DNA of 64,000 bases from Cyanophora paradoxa CCMP329 (GCA_004431415.1 QPMI01000288.1:3756-67755), one strand, 5' to 3'; positions 46,743-60,553 are shown, counted from the first letter of the stretch. The notes: generated from the sequence alone by a model not told the origin. Numbers and translations are program-made.

Positions 46743-49700
46743 TCAATGATTCAGGGCATGCCCCGCTCTGGACAAACCCTCGCTGGCCCCCTCGCTCCCT
46801 TCGCCCCCGTCTCCTTCGTCGTTATTGTCAAGCGGGCCCATGAGAAGCGCCGAGAGGACCTGCGGGGGTACGTGGGAGCTGGGAGGCGGGAGCGGGCGGG
46901 CCGGGGTAAAGGCGACCATGCGGGAGGCCAGCCGCCGCGCGTCGTCGTCCCTCCCCGCCGCCTTGTACGCCCCCTGCGCCCCCGCCGCCCCCCGCCGGCT
47001 CGAGAGGAAAGGCGAGGGGCGGGCGGGGAGGAGCGGGGGGAGCGGGGGGCGCGCGAGGAGCTCCTTGGCAACCTCGCTGGCGACGCTGCCCCGCCCGAGC
47101 CCCGCCGCCTCCAGGCCCCGCAGCGCCCCCTCCAGGAGCCCCGCCCCGCTCCCCCGCTGCCCCGCCCCCTCAGCGCGGGGCCGCGTCGCTGAGCTCGCCC
47201 GGGGTCGGCGCGCCTGGAGGATCTGTGCGAGGTTGACGCGCACGGCGGCGGCCGCCTCGGGCTTGCCCCGCCCCTGCCCCGCCTGCCCCGAGACGCCAGC
47301 GTGAGAGGCCCCTCCTCGAGCTCGCCTCTCGGGGGCGCGAGGGGCGGCGCAGGGTGCCTCGAAGGCGGCGGCGGCGCCGGCGGCGGCCTCGGCGGCCTCC
47401 TCGTGGCGCCTCATCTCCGCCAGGACCTCCACGAGCTCCACCCAGAGGGGGAAGAGCTGCCCCCGCCTCAGCCCCCGCCTCGCCTCGCCTTGCCCGGCGC
47501 CTGCGCGTGGGCCGGCGCCACCTGCTCGTCGTGGAGGCCCCGGCCGGCCCCCTCCCGCTCCCACAGCCCGCGCTGCCGGCTGGTCTCGCTGCGCGGCGCA
47601 CGGCGGGGCGGGGCGGGGCCGCGCCGGGCGGGCGGGCGCACGCGGTAGAGGGCCTCGGCGCGGTCGGGCCGCCCCGCCGCCCGCTGCAGCTGCCCCGCCT
47701 GCCCCCCGCCCTCAGCGTCGGCGCCCCCTCGGCCATGGCGCGGGGCGGGGGGCGGGCCTTGAGGGCGAGGGCGGAGCGGAGGGGGTGCCCGGGCGCCAGC
47801 GCCGCCTCGAAGATCGCCCCCGCCCGCTGCGCCCCGCGCCCCCGCGCGTCGGCCCTCGAAGCCGGCAGGGCAGGCGTGTGTGCGTCTGCCCCTCGACTTT
47901 CTGCTCTAACGGCCGGAGCCGCAGCGGACGGGCCCCGCCGGGGCGGACCTGGTAGAGCTCCTCCGCCTCCTCGAGCCGCCCCTGCGCCCGCCTGCCGCCC
48001 CGCCCGCCCCGCCCTCCCCCAATCAGGCGGAGGCCGCGGCAGAGCCGAGCGGGGTTCGACGCGGGGTCCGGCGCGCAGCAGAGGGCGCTGCTCGAGGATG
48101 CGGGGGAGGGAGGGCAAGGGGCGGGGCGGGCACCGCAGGTCGGCGAGGTGCTGCAGCTCGCCCCCCGTGCGCCAGTGCCGCGGCCCCTGCGCCGCCTCCC
48201 GCGCCGCCGCCGCCCGCTGGGAGGAGGATGAGGGGCGGGGGAGGGACAGAGGGCCTTCTAGTGCGCTCGGGGGCTGTCTGGGCGGGGCGGGGCGGACGAG
48301 GAGCAGGGGCTCTGCCTCCTCGAGGCGCCCGAGCTCGACGAGGAGGTTGCCGAGGATGGCGAGCTGGCCGGCCGCCGCCTCCCCCGCCGGCCCCAGCGCC
48401 CCCTCCACGATCCCCAGCGCCCGTCGCATCACCCCCTCCGCCTCCTCCGCCCGCCCCCGCCGCTGCCCGGCCGCCTCAGGGGCCAGGACGCGGACAGAGA
48501 GGAGCGGAGACGAGAGGCCTGGTAGAGGAGGCCGAGGGCGGCGTAGGCCTGGGCGAGGCGCGGGTGGGCGGGCCCCAGCGCGCCCTCGTCCACCCCCAGC
48601 GCTTGCTGCCGCGCTGCGTCAGGGGGGGAGGGGGAGAGGCGGGGGGGCGGGGCACGAGGAAGAGCTCCTCGGCCTCGTCGAGGCGGTGCTGCCGCTGCAG
48701 CTGCCGGCGGCGTCAGCGCCCCCGCCGGCCCGGGCGCGGGGCCGGCGCGCGGCCGGGGGGCGGACGTGGAGGCCGAGGTTGCGGGCGGACTGGGAGACGG
48801 CGGGGTGCTCCACCCCGTACGCCTCCTCCCGCAGCGCCAGCGCCTCCTGCGCCCCCGCCCCTTCAGCCGCCCACGGCCGAGGCGCGTGCAGGCGGGGCGG
48901 GGGCGGGGGCGGGGGTACCCGGTAGGCGGCCTCGGCGTCGGGGTAGCGGCCCTCGGCGAGGCCACGTTCGCCGCCGCGTTCAGCACCGTCGCCATCTGCC
49001 CCTCGCGTCAGAGGCGGCCGCACGCCGGCGACGGGGCGCGGGGCGGGGCGGGCCTCGGGTGGCGCGGCCCGTGCGCGCTCTCCGTGATCCGCCTGCACCG
49101 CTCCAGATACCTACCCCGCCCCGCCCCGTCGGCCCTGCCGGCCACTGCACCGCCGCGCCCTCGGGCGTGCGCGGGCACCGGCCGGCCTCCTGGAAGCGGC
49201 CCTGCTCGAGGGCGGCGGTGGAGAGGAGCAGGAGCAGCGGCTGCAGCGCCGGGTCCGAGCCGCCCCGCGCCGCCTCCGCCGCGGCGAGGGCCCGCCCCAG
49301 GACCGCCTCCGCCTCCCGTGCCGCCCCTGCGCCAGCAGGCCCTGCGCGGCCCCCGCGCTCAGACGGGGCGCTTAGAGGGCGGGGATCGCGCGCCTTGGCG
49401 ATGTCGCCGAGACAGCGGGCGGCGGCGGGGCTCGCAGCGCCCCCCAGCCGCTCCTCCATCTCCAGCGCCCGCTGCGCTAGACTCAGACGAGGGGCGGGGC
49501 GGGACGGGCGGGGCGGTGCGGGGTGCCTGGAGGGCGGCGAGGGAGCGGGGGTACTCGCCGCGGTCGTACAGCGCCGCGGCGAGCTGCTCGAGGGCCTGCG
49601 CGGGGGTGCTCGGCCGGCAGCTCGCGGTCGGCGCCTCCGGGGCGCGGGGCGGGGCAAGCCTCGGGGAGGTCGCGGGGGGCGCCGCCGCCGCGGCCGCCTC

Positions 49701-52700
49701 CGCCTCGCGCATCGCCGCCGCCCTCTCCAGCACCACCACCGCCGGCCCGCTCTCCCCTGCCCCCGGGCCCCCTCAGAGCAAGCGGGGGCCGGGGGCGCGG
49801 GGAGGGGCGCGGGGGCGGGCCGAGGGCGCGGAGGGCGCGGCCGGCGCAGGCGAGGTCCGCCGCGAGGCTCCCCGGCTCGGAGCCGCGCAGCGCCGCCTCG
49901 ATGCGCCCCGCCGCCTCCCCCTGCCCCCGCCGACGAGCTCAGCGGGGCGGCCAGGGCGGGGCAAGACAGAGCGAAACGGAGGCGCCTTGCGGAAGGTGGC
50001 GGCCCAGTAGTGGGCGAGCTCGGGGGCGGCGCGCTCGCGCGAGAGGCGCGGCAGCACGTCGAGCTCGGAGAGCAGCTGCGGGGCCCCCCGTGGGCGGGCG
50101 GGGCCGGCGCACGGGGACGAGGGCGTCGCGCTCCCCGGCCCCCTCCAGCTGCCACGCGCACTCCTCCGCCCCCCGCTCCCAGGGCCCCTCCCGCAGCGCT
50201 CACCCGAGGCTCGGCCCAAGCCGGGGGCGGGGGCCGGGCGGGCCTGTGCGGCGAAGAAGGCGCCGAGGCGGGCGTGGACGCGGCGGCGCGCCTCGGGCTC
50301 GCCCAGCCCGAACGCAGCCTCCACCGCCTGCGACGCGGGCCCCGGGTGAGGGAAAGGGGCAGCAGAGGGGGGCGAGGGCCCCGGGCACCTCGGCGGCGGC
50401 GCGGTGGAAGAAGCCGAGGAGCCCGTCTGGCACGGGGCGCACGGTCGGAGGCGCAGCGGGCGGGGCCGGTGGCGCCGGCGGCGGCGCACTGCGGTCGACG
50501 AGGACGGAGGAGGCGGCGGCACAGAACTCGGCCCAGAGGAGCGGCGAAGCGCCGCCGGCCCCAACCCCCTGCCGCCCCCGTCGGCGCACGGGGCGGAGTG
50601 GTGCGGGAGATCGCCTCCTAGACGCGGGGGCGGCGCGCGGCGTGCGGGGCGACGGGGGCCGCACGAGGAGCAGCTGGAGCTCGGCGTCGGCGAGGCCGTG
50701 GCGGGCGCAGGCGACCGCCTCCAGCGCCGGCCGAACGAGACCCTCCCCGTACAGCCGCACCCACCGCCCAATCTGCGCCCCCGTGCCGGCGGCGGCGAGT
50801 GAGGCGGCGCTCTGGGGCCGAGCCGCGCCCGTGCTAGGCGCGCACGACGAAACGGAAGAGGGCGACGGGGTCGGCGTAGGCGAGGCACTCCCCGATGCGC
50901 TCGTCCAGCGTGTCGTGGACGGCTGCGAGGGAGGGCGCTCAGCGCTCGCGCGGCGCCGGGGCGGGGCGCCGGGGCGCGCCGGACTCGCGGAGCTGCTCGA
51001 GGAGGACGACGAGGAAGAGCGCGTTCGCCGTCTGCGGGGCCGCCAGCAGCCGCGCCACCTGCCGCCCCGCGCAGCCCCTCGGTGGCTGCGCCCCGGGCGG
51101 GGCGGGAAGCTTGAGGGGCGACCTGGGGCTCGGCGAGGGCCTTGCTGGCTGCGCGGAGGTGCCCCGCGATGAGCGCCCGCCGGCGCGCCGCATCGAGCCC
51201 CCCCACAGCGCGCTCCACGTGCGCCCTGCCCCGGGTGCCCCCTCAGCGCCGGCGGCGGCAAGGCGGGGCGAGGGCGCCGGCGGGCAGGGCGGGCCTGCGG
51301 AGGGCGTAGTCGCGGGCCTCGCCGGGGGCGCACGAGAGGAGGAGCCGCAGGCGGGGCGCGGCGGCGTGGGGGAGCCAGGGAGACGCTGGAGCCGGTTGAG
51401 GGGCGGCGGGCGGGCGGGGCGGCGGGGGCGGGCTCGCCTGGGCGCCGGCGTCGGCGAGCAGCTGGTCCACCGCGTCCACCACCACCACCTGCGCCCCCGT
51501 CAGCTGGCGCTGCGGGCCCGGCGGGGCGGGCGGGCGGGGCGGGCCAGGCGGCGGGCAGCGCGGCAGCGCGAGCGGCGAGCCACTCGGCGAACGCGTGCAT
51601 CGCCTCCGCCTGCGACGAGCGGAGTGAGAGAAAGGGGGCGCAGGGGGAGGCGGGCCGGCGCACCTCGTCGCCCGCGGGGTCGGGGGCCTCCAGCCCGGGC
51701 TGCGGGGCGTGAGGGAGGGAGGGGTGAAGCGGAGGGCGGGGGCGGGGCTCGCCAGGAGAGCCTGCAGCTCCTCCACGAGGCGCCGCATCAGGCCCCCCGC
51801 CCGCGCGCTCCCCGCGCTCCCTGGCCCGCCGTCAGAGGCCGCAGCGCGTGGCACGGGACACGTGTCGACGCGTACCCCCGACGTAGTGGGCGACGGGGGC
51901 GTCGGAGGGGTGCGCCGCGCGCCACGCGGCCGACCAGTTCGCCAGCAGCGCTGCGGGGTCGAAGGCGTGACGCCCGGGGCGAGGTGGAGGGCGGCCGGGG
52001 GCGGCCGCCCCGCGCAGCGCACGCACCGCTCTTGCCGCAGCCCGAGGGCCCGGTGACGAGCAGCAGCTCGGGGCCTGCCGCGCCCGCGCTGAGAAAGGGC
52101 GCTGGCCGGGTGCCGCCGGACCTCGCCCTCCGCCCAAGAGCGCACCGGCGGCGGCGGCGTACGCGTCCAGCGCCTCAAAGTCGCCTGCGCGGCATCAGAG
52201 GGGAGCCGCGCGCCCGGGGGGGCGGGCGGGCCCGGGGCGGGGAGGTAGAGGCGGCGGCGGGCGGCGGCGAAGGCGGCGTGGGCGGCGCGCTCCTCCTCGA
52301 GCCAGGGGCGCGGCCCCGCGTCGGGGTAGTCCCGCGCAACCAGCTGCGCCCGGGGGTCGGGCAAGCGCTGCAGGGAAGAGGAAGAATGCGCGGGGGGCAC
52401 GGCGAGGAGGTCGTCGTGGATGCGGGCGGCGAGGGCCTCCGCGGACGGGTACGGCGGGCCCAGGGGTAGCCCCGAGGACCGGATCCGCTCCTGCGCGCGG
52501 GCCCGTCAGGGACGGAGGGGATCGGCATCGGCGGGGGTACATGCGCGCCTTGAGGGCAGCAAGACAGCGAGCCGCGTGGGGCCCCTCCTGCCCCGCGTCC
52601 GTCCCTGCCAGAGCCTCGCTGGGGGTAACAGTGAGCGGCATCGGGGTACAGGGGCCGGGGCAGTCGCCTCGAGAAGTAGAAGAGGGAAGTCTCGCGCCGC

Positions 52701-53861
52701 AGGTTGGGGGAGCCCTGGCGCGCGTACCCCGCTGAGATGGCGGGGAGGGGGGTACAGGGGCGCGTGCACGTCGGCGTTGACGAAGGCGCCGAGTAGGATC
52801 TCGTGCTCGGTCACGCTGGGCGGGGATCAGGGGCGGCCCGGCGCGCGGGACCGGGGGTACGCGGGCCTCCTGTCCGCGTACTGGAGGAGGAAGGGGAAGC
52901 CGGGCGCCGCCCGCTCGATCGTCCTGCGCCCCCCGGGGTTCGACCGGGGGGGGGGGGGGGGGGGGGGGTCGTCGGGCCGGGGTACCGCTTCAGAAGAGGG
53001 TCCTCGGGGGCGCCGGGGGCCTGGTGCCACCTGCGCGCGGTCGGTCGGCGGGGGCGGGGCGGGCGGGCGCCGGAGGGCCGCGCGCCCGTATCGGCCCTTC
53101 AGGAAGGCTGCGGGGGAGCAGTGAGCTGAGAGACGAAGAGAAAGAGAAGGGGCCGGCGTACCCACGAAATATGTGGAACGCTGGACTTCTTCCAGGCAGA
53201 TCCGCACAACCTAAAGGGCGGGGGGGGCGGCGTCGGATCGGGATGGGGGTGGGCGCGCGGCGGGCGGGCAGGCGGGGGGGATGGGCGGACCTCGCCGCCG
53301 GCAGCCTCGGCGCCGGTGATGCCCCAGCGGAGGTCGACGGGGCAGAAGAAGAGGGCGCGGGCGGCGAGCGCGCGGCGCAGGCGGGGCACGGCCGAGCGGA
53401 AGAGCGCCTCCCGCTCGGGCGCCATGTCCTTGAAGCTGCCCGCGCGGAGCGCTTGAGCGAGAGATCTCGAGGAGAGCTCCTTGAGGAGGGATCTCGAGGG
53501 GCCCGCGCGTCCGTCTCACGCACGTCGATGAGAGGAAGACGCGGACGACTCGCTCCCGCAGCTCGCCCGCGCGCCCCGTCGCCGCCGCAGCCGCCGTCGC
53601 CGCCTCTGCCGCGTATACGTACGCGGCTGCGGGCGTCTTCTTGCCGGGCCCATCTCCGGCGGGCCCCTGAGCCCCAGCCAGATCTAGAACGCCCAGCGCC
53701 GGCTTTACGCCCGTGCTGCCGGCGCCCTTGCCGGCCACGCAAGACGTTGAAGGATTCGCTGTCCCAGCACAGGGCACGACGACATCCACGTACGCCTCCG
53801 ACGGCGCGCGCCCGCGCTTCACGCCGAGTGCAGCGGTTCGCTTGGAGTGTCTGCAGCCCAT
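46743..53861 (-). CDS. DUF4062 + NACHT-like P-loop NTPase + TPR protein (NPHP3/TEP1-like STAND)
   Basis: MGCRHSK N-terminus; VRVFLSST|FKDM..ERE, VDLRWGIT, ICLEEV..FVG|FLKGRYG, SVTEHEI; Walker A LLVTGPSGCGKS|ALLANW; Walker B VVVVDAVD; many TPRs (ALALREEAYGVEHPAVSQSARNLG, ALGIVEGALGP..LAILGNLLVELGRLEEAEPLL). Confidence 0.88.
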
Positions 53862-54143
53862 GGCGCCGCGTGACGCCGGTGGATGCTTCTTTTTGTCTGC
53901 ACCTCTGACTTCAGCAAATGCTTGCTTCTTTCTATCTACAGCACAGCACAGCAGGGGTCAAATCCTCCGATCGACGCAGCGCAGGCAGCGGCGTATAGCG
54001 GGCCTGTTTCAGAAAAAAATGACGAGGGGACGAGGCTGGCCCGGGTACACAGTCACCAAGCCAGCTCGCTCCGTCGAACCCCACGCGGACGTCGCGTCAT
54101 TCGTCCTTAAGGACTGCGTGTCAAAGTCGAAGCCTCCGCAGCA

Positions 54144-57100
54144 ATGTCGCTCCGAACATTGGGAGGGGGAGGCGCGACGCGTGAGTGCAGGCCTAGACTC
54201 TCCCGTCATTGCAACGTACTGCGCCGCTCTGACGCATCTCTCTCGTTCGGCAGCGAGCTCCCCGGCGGCGCCTGCTGCGCCCGCCGCTCCCCAGCGTAAC
54301 TCCGCCTTCTTCTGCCAATGCTGCCAGGGTAAGCCAGCCCCCTTTCGCGCTGGCTTTGACCCAGCGCTCATGCGTTCGCCCGCAGTCTCGTCCGGCTCCC
54401 AGGTCGCTCCCGCCAATCGCGAACGTCCCCGGGGCGGTCCCCCCTGAACGCCTACATGCGCAGGTCGATTTCGACGCTCACCTTGCTGGCAAGAAGCACC
54501 AGAGTCGCGCGGCTCGCGCCGCCGGCGGAGGCGCCCCCGCTCCCCAGCAGGCCGCGGCGCAGCCGGCGTTCCAGGCGGCCGACGGCCCCGCTGCCGGTAA
54601 CGGGCAGCGCGGTGGTCGCGGCCGTCGCGGCGGCGGCGCGGCCGGTGCGGGTGGCGCCGGCGGCCGGCCGGGCTCCGGTCAGCCCCGCCCCCAGTCGGCC
54701 CAGCAGCCGCAGCAGGCGCAGCCCCAGTCTCAGCGGGGGCAGCGCGCGCCGCGCGGCGGCGGCGCCGTCGCTCCGCAGGGCGCGGTCCCCGTGGGCGGGC
54801 TGCTCCCGACCCCGCGGAGGCGGCGGCGGCGGCGGCAGCGGCGGGCGGCGCCCCCGTCACGCGGCACCACACGCACGGCCACGGCGATGGCGGGCACCAG
54901 TGAGCCGCGCACCCCTCCCCGCCACGGATCCCGCGCTGAAGGGGCGGGCAGGTACGCCCACCCGGTGAACATCCACGCGGTGCGCCCCGCCTCGGCCTGT
55001 CTCCCGCGCAGCCCGCCCCGCGCCGCGCGGCCGCCCCGCCCACCGCCCTCGGCGGCGCAGGATGACTCGGTGAACGTGCACACGGCGTCGAAGCGGCCCT
55101 TCAGCTCGATGCCCCTCAGCCCCATCACCATCCAGGCCATGGAGAGCCCGCAGGGTGCCCCCGCCCCCGCCCCCGCCGTCTCGCCCCCGCCGACCCTCCC
55201 CCGCAGGATTCGGGTTCCACTTCATGACGGAGATCCAGTCGCTCTCGTACCCCCACCTGCTCGCCGGCAAGGACCTGCTCGCCCGCGCCAAGACCGGCTC
55301 CGGCAAGACCCTCGGTTCGAGCCCCGGCCGGCCCGCTCCGCCCCGCCCGACCGGCCGGCGGCGCAGCGTTCATGGTCCCCGTCGTCGAGGCGCTCATCCG
55401 GCGCCGCTCCTCGGGTCCGGCCGCGCCCCAACCACACCTTCTCCTTCCCCCGCCCTCGTCGAGAGCGTGTTTTGGCGGCAGGCATCGGGGCGCTGGTGCT
55501 GACGCCGACGCGCGAGCTGGCCCTCCAGATCGAGCAGCAGGTCAAGGTCCTGGTGCGCCGCACCCCCCGCCGGCCTCGAGAGTCCGCACACGTCTCATCC
55601 CCGCGCCCCGCAGCTCGCCTTTCACACGAACCTCTCCGTCTTCACGGTCATGGGGGGCACCAACATGAACACCGAGGCCAACCGCCTCATGGGCCGCCAG
55701 GCGCGCGGCCTTCCCTCTTGTGCTCGCCACTGCCCTAACTTGGAGGGCGCCGCAGGGCCCGCCCTCGGTCCTCATCGCGACGCCGGGCCGCCTCCTCGAC
55801 CACATCCAGGCGCGCCACCGCAGCCGCGAGCAGCAGCGGCGCTGCTGACTCGAGGCGGGGCAGAACACGCGGGGGTTCACGGAGGTGCTGACGCGGGAGC
55901 TGCGCGTGCTCGTCCTCGACGAGGCCGACCGCATGCTCGACCAGGGCTTCCAGCCCCAGGCCTGCCCCTCCCCGGCCCCCGCGCCCGCCCCTTCCCCCCT
56001 GAGGCCCCCTCTCCCCGCGCAGATGGAGAAGATCCTCGCCGTCCTCCCCCGCGGTCCGCCCCCGCCGGCCCCGCGCCCCGCCCCGCGGCGCGCCGAGGCG
56101 CCGGCCGCGGCGCAGAGGGCCGCCAGACGGCCCTCTTCTCCGCCACCCTCCAGGTCCGCCCCCGCCCCCGCCCCCTCGTTTCCTCTTCTCCCGCCCTGAG
56201 GCCTTTCGTGCAGGGGTCCGTGCAGGGCATCAAGCACCTCTCGCTGCGGGCGGACCACGCCTTCGTCACCACCGTCCGCGAGGACGAGGACCTCACCAAC
56301 GCCCGCTGCAAGCAGGCCCGCCCGCCCCCGCCCCGCCCCGCCCCGCCCCGGGCCCGCGCTCACGGGCGGGGGCGAGCAGGAGGTGGTGGTGGCCCCCGAC
56401 TGGGCCTACTTCCACGTCGTCGCCCAGGTGCCCCCCGGCGGCAGGGAGAGGGGTCTAGCGGCCCCTTGCGCCCTCCCCCAGCGCCTCTGCGAGGGGTTAC
56501 GGGTTCCCCAAGCCGGGGCTTGCCTAGAGGCCGCCGGGGGCTCGGGGAGGGCCGACGCGGGGCGGGGGCCAGATCCTGCTGGCGAACCGGCACTGCAAGG
56601 CGATCGCGTTCTTCCAGACGGCGCGGCTCGTCGACTTCGCCGAGATCGTCCTCAAGCGCCTCGGCGTCCCCGTCATCAAGCTCACCGTCCGCCCCCGCCC
56701 CGCCCCGCCGCCCACCGCCCCGCCCGCCGCCCCTGAGGCCCGCGGCCGCCGCAGGGCCGCATGTCCCAGACGAGCCGCACCAAGACCTTCTTCTCCTTCT
56801 GCGACGCCCCGGGCAGGCGAGCCGCCCACGCCGCCCCCGCCCCCGCCCCCTCGTCATCGCTGACCGGGGCGCGGGGGCAGCGCGGGCGGGGGCGCCGGGG
56901 GCGTGATGGTGTGCACGGACGTGGCGGCCCGCGGCCTCGACATCCCCGACGTCGAGGCGCCCCTCCCCGCTCCCCCCGCCCTCCCCCCCCCCCTTCCCTC
57001 CCTCCCCTCCCCTCCCCTTCCCCATTCCCCTCGCTGAGGCCGGCGGGGCGCAGCTGATCGTGCAGGCCGGCATCCCCTCGGCCGTCGTGCGCGCCCTCCT

Positions 57101-58036
57101 CGCCCCCCCAGACCCCGCCTTTCTTCGCCCGTGATCGCGCCCCCGCAGGAGGAGTACATCCACCGCATCGGGCGCACGGCCCGCGCCGGCAACACGGGCC
57201 GCGCCGTGCGCCCGCGCGCCCCGCCCGGGCCCCCTCGGGGCAGCGCGCCGGGCGGCCGACGACGCCCTCGTGCGGCAGATCCTCGTCATCCGCGAGTTCG
57301 AGCGGCCCTTCCTCTCGAACCTCCAGGTGCGCGCGCCCCGCGCCGGCGCCGGGGCTGGCGCTGAGGGGGCGGCAGCGGACGAACATCACGCTGGAGAACA
57401 TTCCGGCGCCCTACGACGAGGCCTCCGCCCTCGCAACCCGCACTCAGGCCCGCCCTGCCCCGCCCCGCCCCGCCCCCCTGCCCCGAGCTCGCCTGTGCCG
57501 CCCCCTGACGCCGCCGACCCGCGCTGCCTGCAGATCCAGCAGCTCATCCGCTCGGACCGACAGCTCGCGGACCGCGCCCACAACGCCTACCGCACCTTCC
57601 TCGGGTCCGCCCCTCGCGGGGGCCCAGCGCTAGCGAGTTTGCCTGCCGGGGGGAATCCACGGAGGCGCCTCGGACAAGGCAAGTGCTTTCTCCGGGGGGG
57701 GGCGGCTGAAGCGGGGGGGCGGGCAGGTACTACGTGAGCGCGTGCAAGCAGTGCCGCCTCGGGAAGCCCGACATGGTGCGGGCGACCCCCGCCCCGCCCC
57801 GCCCCGCCCCCGCCGGCGCCTCACGGAGGGCGGCGCGGCGGCGCAGCTCCCGCGCGCCTTCGACTTCGCCTACTCCATCGGCATCGGTGCGCCGCCCGCC
57901 GGCCCCCGCGCCCCGTCCCGCCTCGAGCGCTCGGCTCGCGGCAGACCGGGTGGAGCCGATCGAGGCGCGCACGATCGGCAAGATGGGCCTCACCAAGGAG
58001 ATGTTCGTCACCGCCGAGCGCCAGTACTACGGCTAG
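54144..58036 (+). CDS. DEAD-box RNA helicase, Mss116/Has1 clade, with an N-terminal U1/matrin-type C2H2 finger
   Basis: CQCCQVSSGSQ|[12 protein letters not shown]; [14 protein letters not shown]|[45 protein letters not shown]; C-terminal AYRTFLG|YY and TIGKMGL, typical of Mss116-like proteins. Confidence 0.93.
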
Positions 58037-58212
58037 GCCCCGCCCCCCTCGCCCGCCCCTCCCCCACCCTCGTTGCGCGTGGGCCCTCTTCGATCGGAGC
58101 TAGAGTTGGCGTGCTCGGCCGAGGGATCCGGAGTCGGCAAAGGGGCGTTGCGCGCGCATTCCCTTGCGTTGAGCGCGGGTAGATAGGCGACCACACCAGT
58201 ACCATCGATGTC

Positions 58213-60553
58213 TCACGTGCACGGGGCCTCCTCGGGCTCGGGCTTCGCATGCACCCCTTCAGGGGCCTTCCGGGATCCTCCCAGCCGCTGCGCTTTCGCT
58301 GCCGGCACAACGCCTCTTGCCAGCTCTACGACACCCCTACAGACCCACGTACAGGAAGCCTGCTGTGGGCAGCCTTGCCGAAGTTGCAGAAAGAATCCAG
58401 CTAGGGGGCGGGGGAGCACGGGAGCCTCGGGGCCTGGTAGGGAGGGCGGGACCTCCCTGGGCGGCTGCCTCTCAGACCTGGAGACCGCTACGCCCCGCCG
58501 CCGGCGCCGCCGGCGCCGGGGTCCGCGTCGGGGTCGGCCAGGGCCAGCTCCTGCCCCTCCCGGTTCAGGCGCCTGCCGCCCGGGGGCCGGGGCACCCACC
58601 CGGGCCTCTCGGTACGCCTCGTAGGCCTTCCGGATCTGCGGCCCGGGGGGTCTGGACCGGGCGATTCGGATCGGGGAGAGGGTACAGGCGAGGCACCTCG
58701 GAGGAGGCGAGGAGGAGCTCGGCGTCGCAGCGGACGGCGCAGGCGCGGCGGATGCGCGGGGAGCCGAGCGCAGCGGCGAGGAGGCGCCGCGCCACGGCCG
58801 GCTCCGCCCGCGCGATCGCCACCTCCGCCCCCGCCCCGGGCCCCAGCTCCTCCAGCGCCCCCGCCAGCGCCTCTGCCGCCAGGGTGGGCACACGCGCAGG
58901 GCCTGCGTGCAGCACGGGCGGCGGGGTACCGGCTTCCTCGGGGGGGCCGTCGAGGACAACCCGTAAGTGCAGGCGGCGCAGCGTCGGCGCGTGGGCGCCC
59001 CCTGGCGCCCCGGCCCGCGTTCGGTCGGGCGCAGACGGATTCGGAAGGGACATGCGGTGCCGAACCGACGATCCAGCGGAGCAGGGGGGGTGAAGCGCGG
59101 TACGCGTCGTGCAGCTTGAGGCTGCGGGGGGCTCCTCGCCTCGCGGGGAATGGAGGGGGCGCCGTGGTGCGCACACTTCGACGCCGGCGAAGGCGCCCGG
59201 GGGCCACTCGTGCGGGAGGGTGCAGAAGAGGCATTCGAGCTGCGAGGCAGTCCCTCGGCCGGAGGAGGCGGCAGGGTGGAAGGGACGGAGCGGGCCTGCG
59301 GCACGGCGTCCGCGTCGGGGCGGAGGAGGGCTGCGGCGGCCTCCGCGGCGCCCCGCGACGTCAGGTCGACCCCGACGAGGCTGAGGCTGCGCGGGGGGCG
59401 GGGTAGAGGGTCGCTCAGCCGCGAAGGGGGGCCGGGGGGGCGGGTGCGCGCGCGCGCCTCCCGCACGTGACGCCCCTCGCCGCCAGCTCCAGCAGCATCA
59501 CCTGTGCGCCCGGGGCCCCGTCGGGGGGCAGACGCGCGCCCCCGCGCCCCACGGGCCTGGGCCTGGTGGTCGGCGTCCTCGGGATCGATGACGGCGGAGC
59601 CGATCTGGAGCTCCCGCGCCCGCCGCAGGCTCGGGAGGCACGCGGGGGACAGCAGCTCCCGCACCTCGTCCACCTGTGCCCCCCAGACCCCTTCTGAGCG
59701 GCCAGGGGCTCGCATCCCGCAGCGAGATTTGTGCGAGCCTTGAAGAGTTTGAGGCGAGCGCCGACATACTCGAGCGAGGGGTGCGGGGCGGCCTGCGGGG
59801 GACAGGTTGACGCGGCGCGGCGGCGCAAGGGACGGCGGGGCATGGGGCGGGCGCCTGCCAGGGGAAGGAGGCGGGGGCGCGGGGCTCGTCGACGAGGGCG
59901 ACCTCGCGGAGGGCGGGCGCGCAGGAGGCGAGCGGGAGGCGCGAGAGGACCGCGCTCCAGAGGCGCTTCAGGCCCGGGAAGGGCGGGCCCGCCGGCTCCA
60001 GCTCGAGCCGGCGCAGCGCCGGCGGGAGCGCCCCCGGCTCGCCCAGCTGCCGCAGGTGGTGCGCGTCCACGTCGGCCGGCTCCATCGCGAAGCAGAGCCG
60101 CAGCCGCAGCGCCTGCAGGCCCCGGAAGCGCTCCGCCGCCAGCGCCGCCGCCGCCTCGTCCACCGCAAGCAGCTGCGGCGGACGCGCACGAGATAAGGAA
60201 TTCAAACGTGCTTCAGAGACGGAAGGCGGCTCGCCCTTGCGCAGGAAATCGAGAGGTGCAGGCGGTGGCGGGCGCTGCGCAGAAGGTCCGCCCCGCCGCC
60301 CTCGTCCGCCGATCGCACGTCCGCCGCGACGCTGCCGGGGAACTGAGCGGTGGAACGCGACAGATCGCACGTACGCGTACGTCAGAACCAGTGGCCCTCG
60401 TAAAGGCAGCTCGCGCTCGACGTGCCGCCACGCCTTGCAGGTCGCCGCCACACGCGCTCGGTCGTGCGCCTCAAGCAGCGAGACGACCTCGGCGACCACG
60501 TCGTCGGGGAGGGCGGCGGCGCCTTTCGGGCTCGCGCCTGATTCCCCTTCCAT
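58213..60553 (-). CDS. F-box / LRR-like protein
   Basis: ALPDDVVAEVVSLL..HDRARVAATCKAWR F-box, followed by LxxLxL repeats (LQALRL, LRRLEL, LREVAL, LKLHD, LRRLHL). Confidence 0.75.
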
